In this document: piece by piece, positions 28,812 to 40,700 of the stretch
Numbering within the stretch: the first letter of the stretch is position 1
How the letters are laid out: each line of letters opens with the position of its first letter
The notes under the pieces: model-generated
Database searches by the model: none
Told to the model about the DNA's origin: nothing
Seen by the model: only the letters and a program-made list of their open reading frames with translations
NCBI GenBank assembly: GCA_965215605.1
Contig: OZ244070.1
Span: forward strand, 992,001 to 1,056,000
Source of the DNA: an uncultured Candidatus Binatia bacterium
Lineage (GTDB): Bacteria; Desulfobacterota; Binatia; UBA9968; JAJDTQ01
DNA: 64,000 nt
Reading direction: 5' to 3'
Program-made: the position numbers and the translations under genes

Positions 28812-29066
28812 GCGAGGCCACCTCACCTCACTCATCACAAGCCCTCAGCGCGGCTTGGAATTTTTCCTGGACTTGTCCCCCGTGGCATGAGACAGTTGGT
28901 TCCAAGGAATTTCCGGGCCAGATGCTGACGGACTTCGCCAGGGAACTTGACACGGGCGTCACTCCCGAGCGCGACGCCGAGATCGTCGAGGCCCTCTACT
29001 TGGGTAGTTGCTTTTTGGTTACGCTATACTCGGGACAGTTCACACACCGGGAGTGGGAGCGAGATC

Positions 29067-29630
29067 ATGAACAACATTATACGATACCTGACGATCGCCG
29101 TCTTCTGGGCGGGGGTAGCCCTGCTTGGCCTTGCCGGTGAAGCAAGAGCTCAAGGTAGTTGCCCTCTGGCTGCAGCGGATCAGACATCTTACAAGCCTTA
29201 CATCTGCGGCGTGAGCCAACCGGCAGGCGGGACCACCCAGAAAGTGACGTGGCGGGTGACTTTCTCCGAACCGGTGGGCGGAGTCAGTTGGCACGACTTT
29301 ATGACAGAGGATACGTACGACCTGGTCCCAGGCTACACCGACCGCAGGTACGGCCTGGGAACAGTTACTGAAGAAATCAAAAAGGTCAGCAGTACGGTGT
29401 ATGACATCTCTATGGACTGGGACTGTACGGCAGCCGACAATGACTGCTCACACAACGAGGACTTCACCCCGACGTATCAACAGGGAGCCAGGAATGATCG
29501 CTATGTTGGTGAAGTGTGGCTGGAATTGCAGTCCGACGCCGCATTTGATGAAATACACTCGCCGCCTCTGCTCGGCCAGACCAAAAGGAGCCACGTAGGC
29601 GTCCCAACGGCCAGGGTCTCTGTCAATTAA
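29067..29630 (+). CDS. Hypothetical secreted protein, possibly Ig-like
   Basis: Signal peptide ending ARA, VTFSEPV strand motif, four Cys, atypical codon usage. Confidence 0.6.
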   Translation: MNNIIRYLTIAVFWAGVALLGLAGEARAQGSCPLAAADQTSYKPYICGVSQPAGGTTQKVTWRVTFSEPVGGVSWHDFMTEDTYDLVPGYTDRRYGLGTVTEEIKKVSSTVYDISMDWDCTAADNDCSHNEDFTPTYQQGARNDRYVGEVWLELQSDAAFDEIHSPPLLGQTKRSHVGVPTARVSVN

Positions 29631-29692
29631 ACCAACCGCCGGTATTGCCAGCGCGGTCCCGCCCTGGACAGTAGCCTGGCCCGCGCCGACGG

Positions 29693-32600
29693 TCATGCGG
29701 CCCACCTCGCCGAAAGAACCTCGGCCTGTTGCAGGACGGTCTGCACAGCAGCGTCCTGAAGATCCGGCGGGTAGCCATGCTTGCGGAGGATACGTTTGAC
29801 CAGCACCCGCATCCGGGCGCGCGCCGACTCGCGGTGCTGCCAGTCCACGGAGGCGTTACTTTTCAAGCTTTTCAGCAATTCATGGGCGATGACGCGAAGG
29901 TGGTCGTTGCCCATCACCTCGACCGCACTTTCATTCTGGGCCAAGGCGTCGTAGAAGGCGATTTCCTCCTGGCTGAGCCCCTCCTCCTCGCCGCGCTGGT
30001 TTGCGGCGCGGATGTCCCTGGCAAGTCCGATCAGTTCCTGCAGGACCTCTGCCGTTGTGATGGCGTTGCCGTGATAGCGGGCGATCGCTTCCTCCAGCCT
30101 CTGGGAGAAGGCGCGCGTCTGCACCACGTTGATCCGGCTTCGTGAACGAAGCTCGCCGTCGATGAGCTTGCGCAGCGCTTCCATGGCCAAGTTCTTCTTC
30201 TCCATTCCCTGAATCTCGGCGAGGAATTCGTCGGAAAGGATGGAGATGTCCGGCGTGTCCAGCCCGGCGGCTTCGAGAATATCCACGATCTCGGTCGAGA
30301 CGACGGCGCGGCTCACGATCTGCTGCACGGCCAAGTCCCGCTCGGCGGAGGACTTGCCGGCGCCGGGCACGCTCTTTGCAAGTGCCGCGCGCACCGTCTG
30401 GAAGAAACCCACTTCGTCGCGAATGTTTCGGGCCTCGTCGCTGGCGGCGGCGAGCGCGAAGGCCCTGGAGAGCGCCAGCACGGCGTCGTTGAAGCGGCGA
30501 TGGGCGCGCTTCTTGCCGTCGTCGGTCGCTTCCCCGGTCGACTCGCGTTGCTGCAGATCGAGGACCCACTCGATGGCGCCGGCAAGTGCTGCCAGCCGTT
30601 CCTGTGGCGATCCGGCAAGCCCCTTGCGGTAGTCGAGACCGTGGAACATGGCGCTCACGATCTCGTACTTCTCCAGCATCACCGCAACGGCTTCGGCCTC
30701 TTCGATGCCCGCGTGCCTCCGATCATCGCCTGAGTATCGGCCAAGGGCGGACTTCAGATTCTGCGCGATGCCGATGTAGTCCACAATGAGTCCGGCCGGC
30801 TTGTCGCGGAACACGCGGTTGACGCGGGCGATGGCCTGCATGAGCCCGTGCCCCCGCATGGGCTTGTCGATGTACATCGTGTGAAGGCTCGGAGCGTCGA
30901 ACCCGGTCAGCCACATGTCCCGCACGACCACCAGCTTGAGCGCGTCGTCCGGATCCTTGATCCGCTTGGCGAGCAACTCCCGGCGTGCCTTGCTTCCGAT
31001 GTGCCGCTGCCATTCCTTCGGGTCCGACGCCGAGCCGGTCATGACGATCTTGAGGACGCCGCTTTCGTCGTCGTTGCTGTGCCATTCCGGGCGCAGCTTG
31101 ACGATCTCGCCGTAGAGCGCGACGCAGATCCGGCGGCTCATGCAGACGATCATGGCCTTGCCGTCCAGGCCGACGACGCGGTTCTGGAAATGCTCGACCA
31201 AGTCGCGGGCAACCAGACGCAGACGCTTCTCAGCCCCGACGACGGCCTCGACGTTCGCCCATCTGCGCTTGAGCCGCTCCTGTTCGCCTTCGGCCTCGTC
31301 CTAAGTCAACTCCGCGATCTCATCGTCGAGCGCCGGCTTCTCGTCCTCGTCGAGTTCAATGCGGGCAAGGCGGCTCTCGTAGTAGATCGGCACCGTCGCG
31401 CCGTCCTCGACGCCCCGGTTGATGTCGTAGACGTCGATGTAATGGCCGAACACGGCCGGCGTGCTCACGTCTTCCTTCTCGATCGGCGTGCCGGTGAAGC
31501 CGATAAACGAGGCGTTGGGCAGGGCGTCACGCAGGTACTTGGCGAAGCCGTAGGAGATTTCTCCGGTCTTGCCCGCCACCTTGGCCCGGAAACCGTATTG
31601 GCTGCGATGCGCCTCATCGGCGATGACCACGACGTTGCGGCGGTTGGTGAGCACCGGATAGTCGGTCTCGCCGGATTCGGGCGCGAACTTCTGGATGGTC
31701 GTGAACACCACGCCGCCGGAGGGGCGGGTCAGCACCTTCTGCAGATCTTCGCGGCTGTCGGCCTGCCGCGGGGTCTGGCGGAGCAGGTCGCGGCACATCG
31801 AAAACGTGCCGAACAACTGGTCGTCGAGGTCGTTGCGGTCGGTGACGACGACCACGGTCGGATTCTGCATCTCCGGATAGGCGATGACCTGTCCGGCGTA
31901 GAAGGCCATCAGCAGGCTCTTGCCGGAGCCCTGGGTGTGCCAGATGACGCCGATGCGCTTGTCGCCCTGTTGCTGTGATTCAACCGAAGGCAGTCCGTAT
32001 TGGACCGGGTCCTCGCGCACGCTCAAAGCAGGCTGGGGCAGTGCGCGCAGTGTGGACGCGACCGCGCGGCGCACGGCGTGGAACTGGTGATAACCGGCTA
32101 CGATCTTGACGACGCCCGAGCCCGTGTCTCCAAACACGGTGAAGTCGCGGATCAGGGTCAGGAACCGGCGCTTCTCGAACACGCCCTCGATGACCGTCTG
32201 GAGTTCCGGCGCGCCCTTCGGTGCGACGGCAGCGCCGTCCACGGTGCGCCAAGGCATGAAGCGTTCGAGACTGGCCGTCAGCGAGCCCAGCCGCGCCTGA
32301 ATCCCATCCGAAGTCAGAAGCGCCGCGTTGGTGCGGAACAGGCAAGGGATCTCGTCCTTGTAGGTCTGGAGCTGGTTGAACGCGCCTTCGACGGTGGCGT
32401 TTTCGTCACCGGGGTTTTTCAACTCGATCACGGCCAGGGGCAGGCCGTTGACGAACAGCACCACGTCGGCCCGGCGGTTGTTCTGTCCCTCGATCACCGT
32501 GAACTGGTTGACCGCAAGCCAGTCGTTGGAATCGGCATCGGTGAAGTCGACCAGCCGGGCGGTGTCGCCGCCGGTACTGCCGTCCTCCCGGGCAACCTCG

Positions 32601-32896
32601 ACGGGCACGCCCTCGACCAGATAGCGGTGCAGGCGGCGGTTCTCCTCGACGAGTGACGGGTTTTCCGCCTGCCGCAGCTTGCGCTCGACTTCCTCCAGCG
32701 TCTCGGCTGGCAGGTGCGGGTTGAGGCGTGCAAGCGCCTCGCGAAGCCGTCCGGCCAGCAGCACCTCATCGTAGCTGCCGCGCTCAGGCGCCGGACCCTC
32801 CGGGCCGATGTCCGGCCCGTACAGTACGGCATAGCCGAGCCCGGCAAGCCATTCGAGAGCCGCGTGTTCCACTTCGCTTTCGGTGAGCCTGGCCAT
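29693..32896 (-). pseudogene. hsdR: Type I restriction subunit R with in-frame TAG at 31301-31303
   Basis: IELK nuclease motif, [20 protein letters not shown], then ELT*DEAE continuing in frame to LTGFDAP and QAIARVNR. Confidence 0.9.
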
Positions 32897-33402
32897 CAGG
32901 CCGCGACCCTGCCCGTACCCAGGACGAACCGTGCCCGCTCGCGTCGAAGCATCTCGTACGGGCTCATGCAGCGCAGGCCGAGGCCGACGCAGGCGTTCGG
33001 AATCTTGATCTTTCTGGTGGTATCGGCGGGGATTTCATGCGTGACGACGATGCACTCGTGAGCCAGCGCATACGCCACAAGCCAGTAATCGGCCACCTGC
33101 AGGAAGGTTGCGACAGCGGCCGGCTGGTATCCATGACCGCTCGCCCAATCGCTCACGGCGCGAAGTGCCGGCAGAACCGCGTCGTCCGGCCGCAGAAAGA
33201 ACCCGTCGCCCCGCGCAGCGGCCCACTTCGCCAGATCGTCGTCTCCCGTGTGCAGTTCGTCCGCAACCTTCTCGATGCTCGCGACCTTTCCCGTGCCGTT
33301 TTGCTCAACCATCCAGTCCCAGAAAGCGGGGCAGAAATCGAAGCCATAGTGCAGATTCTTGGCCTGGATGAAGACGTTCGAATCGACGAGATAAACCGTC
33401 AT
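32896..33402 (-). CDS. PIN-domain protein (DUF4411-like)
   Basis: [38 protein letters not shown]. Confidence 0.85.
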   Translation of the reverse strand: MTVYLVDSNVFIQAKNLHYGFDFCPAFWDWMVEQNGTGKVASIEKVADELHTGDDDLAKWAAARGDGFFLRPDDAVLPALRAVSDWASGHGYQPAAVATFLQVADYWLVAYALAHECIVVTHEIPADTTRKIKIPNACVGLGLRCMSPYEMLRRERARFVLGTGRVAA

Positions 33403-34553
33403 CCCATCACCCCGGCTTCGCGCCCGATATTGTTGAAAGTCTCGGTCTTCTTGACACCCAACATCCGGAACGCGTCACGATAGAGAGTCTGGCCCTCGAT
33501 CGTGCTCACCACCAGCGCGCGGGCGAACCGCCGTCCGACCCGTGCGACCGTGGCGCGATAGAAGTCGCCGCCACCGCTGCCCGTCCGGACGAGCTTCCGC
33601 AGGCGTTCGTGCTCTTGTGCCCAAGCCGCGTCAAAACGCTCGCGAGTCAGCCAATCCGCATCGAGCAAGCGCCGAAGGATGACGAGCGTGCTCACCTGGA
33701 AAACACGCGCCAGCCTGGATAGTGCGTCGGGGAGTCGCTCGTTTCGTCGCAACTCCGATTGCAGGCCATGCAGTGGCACCAGAACTTCGGCAGCCACCGC
33801 ATTGCACCACAGCTCCTCCCGGCGGGATCCGGCATCGGGTGCGGCTCCGAGATTCGACAAGGCGGAATCGCCAAGCCAGATATGCGCCAGTTCATGGGCG
33901 AGCGTGAACATCTGCGCGGCCTTGGTATCCTTGCTGTTGACGAAGATCAGCGGCGCAAGCGGATCGCACAGCGCGAAGCCGCGAAACTCGCCGGGATCGA
34001 GACTGCGACTCGTGTTGCTCATCACGATACCACTCACCATGACGAGAACACCGGCATCGTCAGCCTGGCGGATGAACAGCCGCAGCGCATCGGTCCAGGT
34101 CGGAAACTCCCGGCGGACCGTCAGATCGAAACCCAAGGTTTCCCGCATCCGCGTCGCGACCGTTTCAGGCGACGTCTCGACCGAGGCGCTGCCGACGAAG
34201 CCCAGCTCGGGCTCGCCAGCGACGCGAGCGAAATCCCGATACCAGCTCTGGCGTTCCTGGCAGGCGTAGATCGTGTCCAGCAGGTTCGGGCTGGGTCGCC
34301 TGACCGCATGCCCGGCGAATGTTCGGAAGTCGGGAATGGGCATGGTTTCTTCCGGTGGCTCCGAAAGAAACAGATAACCGACCGGAACATGGAGAGCGCG
34401 TGCGAAAGCCTCCGCCTGCTTCAAGGTGGGCTGCGTTTGCCCGTCCTCCCACTCCGGCAGTTTCTTGAACTTCGCCGCCAGATCTTCCCGCGCGACTCCG
34501 GCGCGCTCACGCGCCCAACTCAAAAGCTCGGGATTGACCGGGGCGCGGATCAC
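33399..34553 (-). CDS. XRE-HTH plus ImmA/IrrE-family Zn metallopeptidase
   Basis: WARERAG..WEDG..PTLKQ HTH; FTLAHELAH; E..CNAVAAE.LVP; GTGA overlap with hsdS stop. Confidence 0.9.
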   Translation of the reverse strand: MIRAPVNPELLSWARERAGVAREDLAAKFKKLPEWEDGQTQPTLKQAEAFARALHVPVGYLFLSEPPEETMPIPDFRTFAGHAVRRPSPNLLDTIYACQERQSWYRDFARVAGEPELGFVGSASVETSPETVATRMRETLGFDLTVRREFPTWTDALRLFIRQADDAGVLVMVSGIVMSNTSRSLDPGEFRGFALCDPLAPLIFVNSKDTKAAQMFTLAHELAHIWLGDSALSNLGAAPDAGSRREELWCNAVAAEVLVPLHGLQSELRRNERLPDALSRLARVFQVSTLVILRRLLDADWLTRERFDAAWAQEHERLRKLVRTGSGGGDFYRATVARVGRRFARALVVSTIEGQTLYRDAFRMLGVKKTETFNNIGREAGVMG

Positions 34554-35827
34554 GCTACAGCCTCGACTACCTTTTCGGCATCGTGAAGACGGATTTCACC
34601 GGACATGAGTTTGGGCAGGAGGAGGTCGCGGGTTTCTGCCAGTATTCGGCTCTCCAGATCATTCTTGATGGTGTGTTGAACAAGCGGGCCAACGGCTTGA
34701 CCAAGCAAAGTAAGAACGTCATCGGGTGGCAAGATTGTCATTGCCTCCTTCAAGTGTCGCCGCTGAATGTGCCCCATAGTCGTTGCCTTCGAGGCTGCGA
34801 TCGCGCGGAACTCTTCCAGATGATGGTGAACCCATTGGCCGAAAAACCACGACGGGAATCGGTCCGAAGTCACTTTGAAGAGGTGCTGATTGAGTGCGCC
34901 CTCGCCTTCGGTCCAGAATTTTGCAAGAAGGCTGCCTGACCACGAAAACAGAAAGTCACCGTCTTTGACAATGTACTTGTCAGGGACATCGCGCGAGGCC
35001 CGGCTGGATTTCGGCGTTATGCCTCCGCGCAACTCGGCGATCTTGATAACCGGCAAACTGTTGTCGGGGTCCGAAGCGGAAAACTTTTGAAGAGCCAAGC
35101 CATTCAGGAAATCCGCGATCTCGTCGAGGGGCTTTCTTGTCCATCCAACCGGCTTGCCGTCGTCATCCAGCGCATCGGGGAACAGGTCCCAGAGTTCCGG
35201 GGCCAGGTAGGGAGCGCGGCCTTCGGCCTTGGCGCGGGTGGGGCCGAAATCAACGAACCAGTCCTTGAAGACCGCCCGCGCCATCGCCTCCAGCGTCTCG
35301 TTCATCCGGCGGTTCAGGTCGATGCGACGGTCGAGCGCAGTGAAAAGCTCCGCAATAGCCGTTTCGGTAAGACAACCGAAGCGAGGAATCAGCAGGTCTT
35401 TGAGCCTATCCGTTGGAAGACGGCCGGTCCCGTGTCCGGCGGCCTCGACAGCATCGAGAAGTTCAGGTTTCTTGGAGAGGATTACGTAGTAGAGGTAGCG
35501 CGGATCAACATCTTGCCTTGCGACGACTGCCTTGATGTCCTGATTGAACGTCATTGCTTGGGCAGGACGAATCACCCTGATCTCGTTGTGCAGGGACATC
35601 CCGCGCACAACAATGAATATTGCGTCTGCAGGTGCAAGCCGCGTGCCGTTCCCAATGGCTTCAGACGAAACCTTCGCTTCGGTGGCGCCTGACCATTTGC
35701 CCATGTCTTTGGGAGTCAGCCATGGAATCAAACCGTTCCAGTAGCTTTCGTTTAACTTTCGAGGAGTGCCCCCAGACAACAAGTCAGCAACGTCGTCGAG
35801 AGGTTGGGAGGAGTACACGCTAGTCAT
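34550..35827 (-). CDS. hsdS: Type I R-M specificity subunit
   Basis: Two TRDs, [16 protein letters not shown] spacer, [13 protein letters not shown] end. Confidence 0.93.
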   Translation of the reverse strand: MTSVYSSQPLDDVADLLSGGTPRKLNESYWNGLIPWLTPKDMGKWSGATEAKVSSEAIGNGTRLAPADAIFIVVRGMSLHNEIRVIRPAQAMTFNQDIKAVVARQDVDPRYLYYVILSKKPELLDAVEAAGHGTGRLPTDRLKDLLIPRFGCLTETAIAELFTALDRRIDLNRRMNETLEAMARAVFKDWFVDFGPTRAKAEGRAPYLAPELWDLFPDALDDDGKPVGWTRKPLDEIADFLNGLALQKFSASDPDNSLPVIKIAELRGGITPKSSRASRDVPDKYIVKDGDFLFSWSGSLLAKFWTEGEGALNQHLFKVTSDRFPSWFFGQWVHHHLEEFRAIAASKATTMGHIQRRHLKEAMTILPPDDVLTLLGQAVGPLVQHTIKNDLESRILAETRDLLLPKLMSGEIRLHDAEKVVEAVA

Positions 35828-37367
35828 ACACGCCGACCCCCTCCAATTTTTTCTGGATGATGGTGCTCAGTTCCTCCGCTTCGGCGAATTGCTCCGCAAG
35901 CGTTTCCTTCAATTCCGCGAACCGCTCCTCAAATGGCACGTCGTCATCTTCGGTTGCAGCCGCACCGACATAGCGGCCGGGCGTCAGGACGTGGTTGTGT
36001 TCCCTGATTTCCTCCAGCGTGGCGGACTTGCAGAATCCCGGTTTGTTCTCGTACGGAGCCGCGTCCGGTGCGCCGCGCCACGCACGATACGTATCAGCGA
36101 TCCGGGCGATGTCCTCGTCGGCGAACTCCTTCCGAGTCCGGTCGATCATGTGCCCGAGATTGCGGGCGTCGATGAACAGCACTTCTCCGCGCCGGTCGCG
36201 GCAGTCCCCGCCGGGATTTTTGTTGCGCGCCAGCAACCAGAGGCAGGCAGGAATCTGGGTCGAGTAGAAGAGCTGTCCGGGCAGCGCGATCATGCAGTCC
36301 ACGGCGTCGGCCTCGACCAGAGCGCGGCGGATGTCGCCTTCTCCGGACGTGGCCGTGGACATGGAGCCGTTGGCGAGCACCACGCCCGCCGTGCCGTTCG
36401 GGGCGAGGTGGTGGTGGATATGCTGGAGCCAGGCGTAGTTCGCGTTGCCGGCGGGCGGAACGCCGAAGGTCCAGCGGGCGTCCTCGCGCAGCCGGTCGCC
36501 GCCCCAATCGGAGACGTTGAACGGCGGGTTGGCGAGGATGAAGTCGGCCTTGAGGTCGGGCAGTTCGTCCTTGTGGAAGCTGCCCTCGTTGTTCCAACGG
36601 ATGTCCGCGTCGATGCCGCGCACCGCGAGGTTCATCTTGGCCAGCCGCCAGGTTGTGTAGTTGCTCTCCTGTCCGTAGATGGCGATGTCGCCGATGCGGC
36701 CGCCGTGTTCCTCTACGAACTTCTCGGACTGCACGAACATGCCGCCGGAGCCGCAGCAGGGGTCGTAAACGCGGCCCTTGTAGGGCTCCAGCATCTCCAC
36801 CAGCAGGCGGACGACGGAACGCGGCGTGTAGAACTCGCCGCCGCGCTTGCCCTCGGCGCCGGCGAACCCCCCCAGGAAGTATTCATAAACGCGCCCGAGG
36901 ATGTCGCGGGAGCGGTCGGCCTCCTCAGCCATGCCGATTCCGCTCACGAGGTCGATCAGTTCGCCGAGCATGACCTTGTTGAGCGCCGGGCGGGCGTAGT
37001 CCTTGGGCAGGACGCCCTTGAGTGAGGCGTTTCGGGCCTCGATCTCAAGCATGGCGACGTCGATGTCCTTGCCGATGGTCGTCTGCCTGGCCCTGGCTTG
37101 CAGATGCGACCAGCGGGCTGCCTTCGGAACCCAGAAGACGTTCTCGGCGAGATACTCCTCGGGGTCCTCGGGGTCGGCCAGTTCTTCCTTGAGCAACGCG
37201 GTCCGCTTGGCCTCGAAGGCATCCGAGATGTACTTGAGGAAGATCAGGCCGAGGGCGACATGCTTGTAGTCGGACGGCTCCATGTTGCCCCGCAGCTTGT
37301 CGGCGGCGGCCCAAAGTTGCGCCTCGAATCCGAGGCTGAGCCCTGCGTTGTTTATCTGCTTCGTCAT
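35820..37367 (-). CDS. hsdM: Type I R-M N6-adenine methyltransferase
   Basis: [30 protein letters not shown]. Confidence 0.96.
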   Translation of the reverse strand: MTKQINNAGLSLGFEAQLWAAADKLRGNMEPSDYKHVALGLIFLKYISDAFEAKRTALLKEELADPEDPEEYLAENVFWVPKAARWSHLQARARQTTIGKDIDVAMLEIEARNASLKGVLPKDYARPALNKVMLGELIDLVSGIGMAEEADRSRDILGRVYEYFLGGFAGAEGKRGGEFYTPRSVVRLLVEMLEPYKGRVYDPCCGSGGMFVQSEKFVEEHGGRIGDIAIYGQESNYTTWRLAKMNLAVRGIDADIRWNNEGSFHKDELPDLKADFILANPPFNVSDWGGDRLREDARWTFGVPPAGNANYAWLQHIHHHLAPNGTAGVVLANGSMSTATSGEGDIRRALVEADAVDCMIALPGQLFYSTQIPACLWLLARNKNPGGDCRDRRGEVLFIDARNLGHMIDRTRKEFADEDIARIADTYRAWRGAPDAAPYENKPGFCKSATLEEIREHNHVLTPGRYVGAAATEDDDVPFEERFAELKETLAEQFAEAEELSTIIQKKLEGVGVYD

Positions 37368-37572
37368 GGAGTGCCAACTCGCCCGTGACGACGGAAGGCG
37401 TAGCCCCAGTCCGCCATGGCGACGGCCGGACCTTGCCGGGATCCGGAGTCGAAGGGACGTTGCATCTTCCGCCCCATCCTACCCGGCCAGCGAGTCGATC
37501 GAAAGAGACGGGCCGGTCGGGCCTCGCTCGCCGCGCCTTCAGACACGTAGTGCGTGAAGCCGTACTACAGGA

Positions 37573-37601
37573 AGCATAGGAAGCAGGAGGTCACAAATCA
37601 A
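37573..37601 (-). promoter_or_regulatory. Sigma70-like promoter facing hsdM
   Basis: Minus strand TTGATT, 17 bp, TATGCT. Confidence 0.65.
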
Positions 37602-37603
37602 CG
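37576..37603. repeat. Right copy of 28-bp direct repeat
   Basis: ATAGGAAGCAGGAGGTCACAAATCAACG, preceded by an extra AGGAAGCA unit. Confidence 0.85.
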
Positions 37604-37746
37604 CGGGAAGCCGGCGTTGGTATTGAGCCGGCACCGCGGAACCGACCTGTGTCCGGAACCCTGGGCTTCGACACGGTACGCGCCGTTGCGGCTACCACCC
37701 CCTTCCGCTACACTTCTCGGCCGTCCCTCGCAAGGTAACCGACCCG

Positions 37747-40700
37747 GTGGCATCCCTTTCACTTAACGACAAGATCTCGCGGCTCCTGACCCATGAGTGG
37801 CGCGGCGAGAAGCGTATTTCCGGCCTTCAGGGCAGCGCCAAGGCCTACGCCGTTTTTCTGGCCGCCCGGCAACTCGACGGTCCGCTGGTGGTGCTGGCGC
37901 CCACCGTGAAAGAGGCGGAACGCCTGTTTCTCGACCTCTCCTTCTTCCTTGGCGAAGAGTCCGGCTCCCCGCCGCTCGAGCGGCGGCTCCATCTGTTCCC
38001 GGGCTGGGACATCCTGCCCTTCGAGAGCCTGTCTCCCCATCCTGACCAGATGGCCGCGCGCATGGAGGGCCTCCACCGGCTCGGGCAACAGTCCGCGCCG
38101 GTGCTGGTAACAACTCCGGCGGCGGTGATGCAACGCGTGGTGCCCAGGGAGAGCTTCGGTAGCATGCACTTCATCGAAGGTCAGGAGGTGGACCGGGAAG
38201 AACTGCTGTGGCGGCTCGCCAACCTGGGCCTCGCCCGGGCCCCGCTGGTGGAGGAACGGGGCGACTTCAGCGTGCGCGGCGGCATCGTGGACCTGTTTCC
38301 TCCGGGCTACGAGCGGCCCATCCGGATGGAGTTCAGCGACGACCGCATCGATTCCATCCGGGAGTTCGACCCCCGCACCCAGCGTTCCCGGTCGCCGCAC
38401 GGGGAACTGGTGCTGCTGCCCATGAGGGAGTTTGTGCCGGGAGCGCAAACGAGCCGGGACACGCTGCTCCGCATCGAGGAACGGGCGGACGAACTGGGCT
38501 TCACCCGCAAGGACAAGCGGGCGCTCCTGGAGTCGGTGCGCGAAGGGGTCCGGTTCGCGGGGATGGAGTTCCTGGCGCCCTACTTCCACGACCGTCCGCT
38601 GCCGTCGCTGCTGGCCCATCTTCCCCGCCGAAGCATCCTCTGGTGGGATCAGCCGGCGCGGGTGGAGGAGGAACTGGAGCGGTTCGGCAATCTGGTGGGC
38701 CAAAGGGCGTCCAAGGCGGCGGCGGAAGGGCGTTTCCATCCCCGCGCCGAAGCCCTTTACCTGGAACCGGACGGCTGGCGCGAGGAGGCCGCGGCCTTCC
38801 GGCAGATCCACAGCGAGAGCCTCGACTTCCTGGCATCGCCCGAGGACCCCTCCTCGACGCTGTCGGTGCGCTCCTACACCAACACCGACCTGCACAGCGA
38901 GCTCACCACCCAGCAGGGATCGGAACGGTCCCTGGCGCCGCTGGTGGAGCATCTCGAACAGTGGCGGGACCAGCGGGTGCTGTTCGTCGGCGGCCATCCA
39001 GGCGACGCGCAACGGCTCCGGCAACTGCTGGCCTACTACGATGTGGACCTGCCCGTATCCGAGCGGCCCTTCCACGAGACCGCGGCGGGCCCCGCCAACG
39101 GCCCCGCGATCCTGCTCGGGAGCCTGACCCAGGGTGTGCGGCTCCCGGACGAGCGGCTCGTCATCATCACCCTGGAGGAGCTGTGGGGCCGCCGCAAGCG
39201 GGACCTCCCGGTGCGCAAGCGGGAGACCCCGAGCCACTTCATCACCAGCCTGAGCGAGCTGCGCCAGGACGACGTGGTGGTGCACCTCGACCAGGGCATC
39301 GGCATCTACCGCGGGCTCAAGTACCTCAAGGTGGCGGGCACCGAAGGCGAGTTCCTGCACCTGGAGTACCAGGGAGGCGACCGCCTCTATCTGCCCATCG
39401 ACCGCATCAACCTGGTGCAGAAGTTCATCGGCGCGGACGGCGCCGCTCCGGTGCTGGACCGGCTGGGCGGCACCTCGTGGCTCAAGCTCAAGGCCCGGAC
39501 GCGCAAGGCCATCGTGGCCATGGCCAAGGAGCTGCTGCGGGTCTATGCCACCCGGGAGGTGCACGAGGGCCACACGTTTCCGGCCCCCGACCAGGCGTAC
39601 CGGGAGTTCGAGGCCGCCTTCGAGTACGAGGAAACGCCGGACCAGGAGCAGGCCATCGCCGAGACCCTCAAGGACATGACCCAGGGCAAGCCCATGGACC
39701 GGCTGATCTGCGGCGACGTGGGCTACGGCAAGACCGAGGTGGCCATGCGCGCGGCCTTCATGGCGGTGATGGACGGCAAGCAGGTGGCCGTGCTCGCCCC
39801 CACCACCATCCTGGCGCAACAGCACCTGGAGACGTTCCGCGGCCGCTTCGAGCCCTACCCGGTGCGGGTGGAGAGCCTCAGCCGCTTCGTCACCGGCAAG
39901 ACCGTTCAGCAGTCGCTCAAGGATCTGGGCGCCGGGCTCATCGACATCGTCATCGGCACCCACCGCCTGCTGCAGAGCGACGTGGCCTTCAAGAACCTGG
40001 GCTTGGTGGTGGTGGACGAGGAACACCGCTTCGGCGTGGGCCACAAGGAGAAGCTCAAGAAGCTCCGCGCCACCGTGGACGTCATGAGCCTCACCGCCAC
40101 GCCCATTCCACGGACCCTGCACATGTCGCTGGTGGGCATCCGCGACCTGAGCGTCATCGAGACGCCGCCCCCCAACCGGCTGGCCGTCAGGACCTACGTG
40201 ACGCGCTACGACGAGGGCGTCATCCGCGACGCCATCCTGCGGGAGATCAACCGCGAGGGGCAGGTGTTCTTCCTGCACAACCGGGTGGAGAGCATTCAGC
40301 GGGTGGGCCAGAAAATCATGGATCTGGTGCCCGAGGCCAAGGTCGCCGTGGCCCACGGGCAGATGACTCCCGTGGAGCTCAAGAAGAACATGGGGCTGTT
40401 CCAGGAGAACGGGGCTCAGGTGCTGGTGTGCTCCGCCATCATCGAATCCGGCCTGGACTATCCCAACGCCAACACCATCATCATCAACCGGGCGGACCGG
40501 TTCGGGCTGGCCCAGCTCTACCAACTGCGGGGCCGGGTGGGTCGTTCGTCGCGCCGCGCCTACGCCTACCTGCTGCTTCCCGGCAGCGGCACCGTGACCC
40601 GGGACGCGGAAAAGCGCCTGCGGGCGCTGCAGGAACTGGACGAACTCGGCAGCGGCTTCAAGCTGGCGCTGCACGACCTGGAGATTCGCGGCGCCGGCAA

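Larger units (their letters stand above)
28784..37603. mobile_element. Putative defence island (type I R-M plus cargo), no integrase visible
   Basis: Bounded by 28-bp direct repeats; patches of lower GC; lies between the catabolic region and mfd. Confidence 0.5.

Noticed and set aside
31301-31303. Amber recoding (pyrrolysine or an alternative genetic code) in hsdR
   Set aside because: TAG is the true stop of many genes here (ftsZ, ftsA, iscS, msrA, tmRNA tag) and no pyl genes are visible
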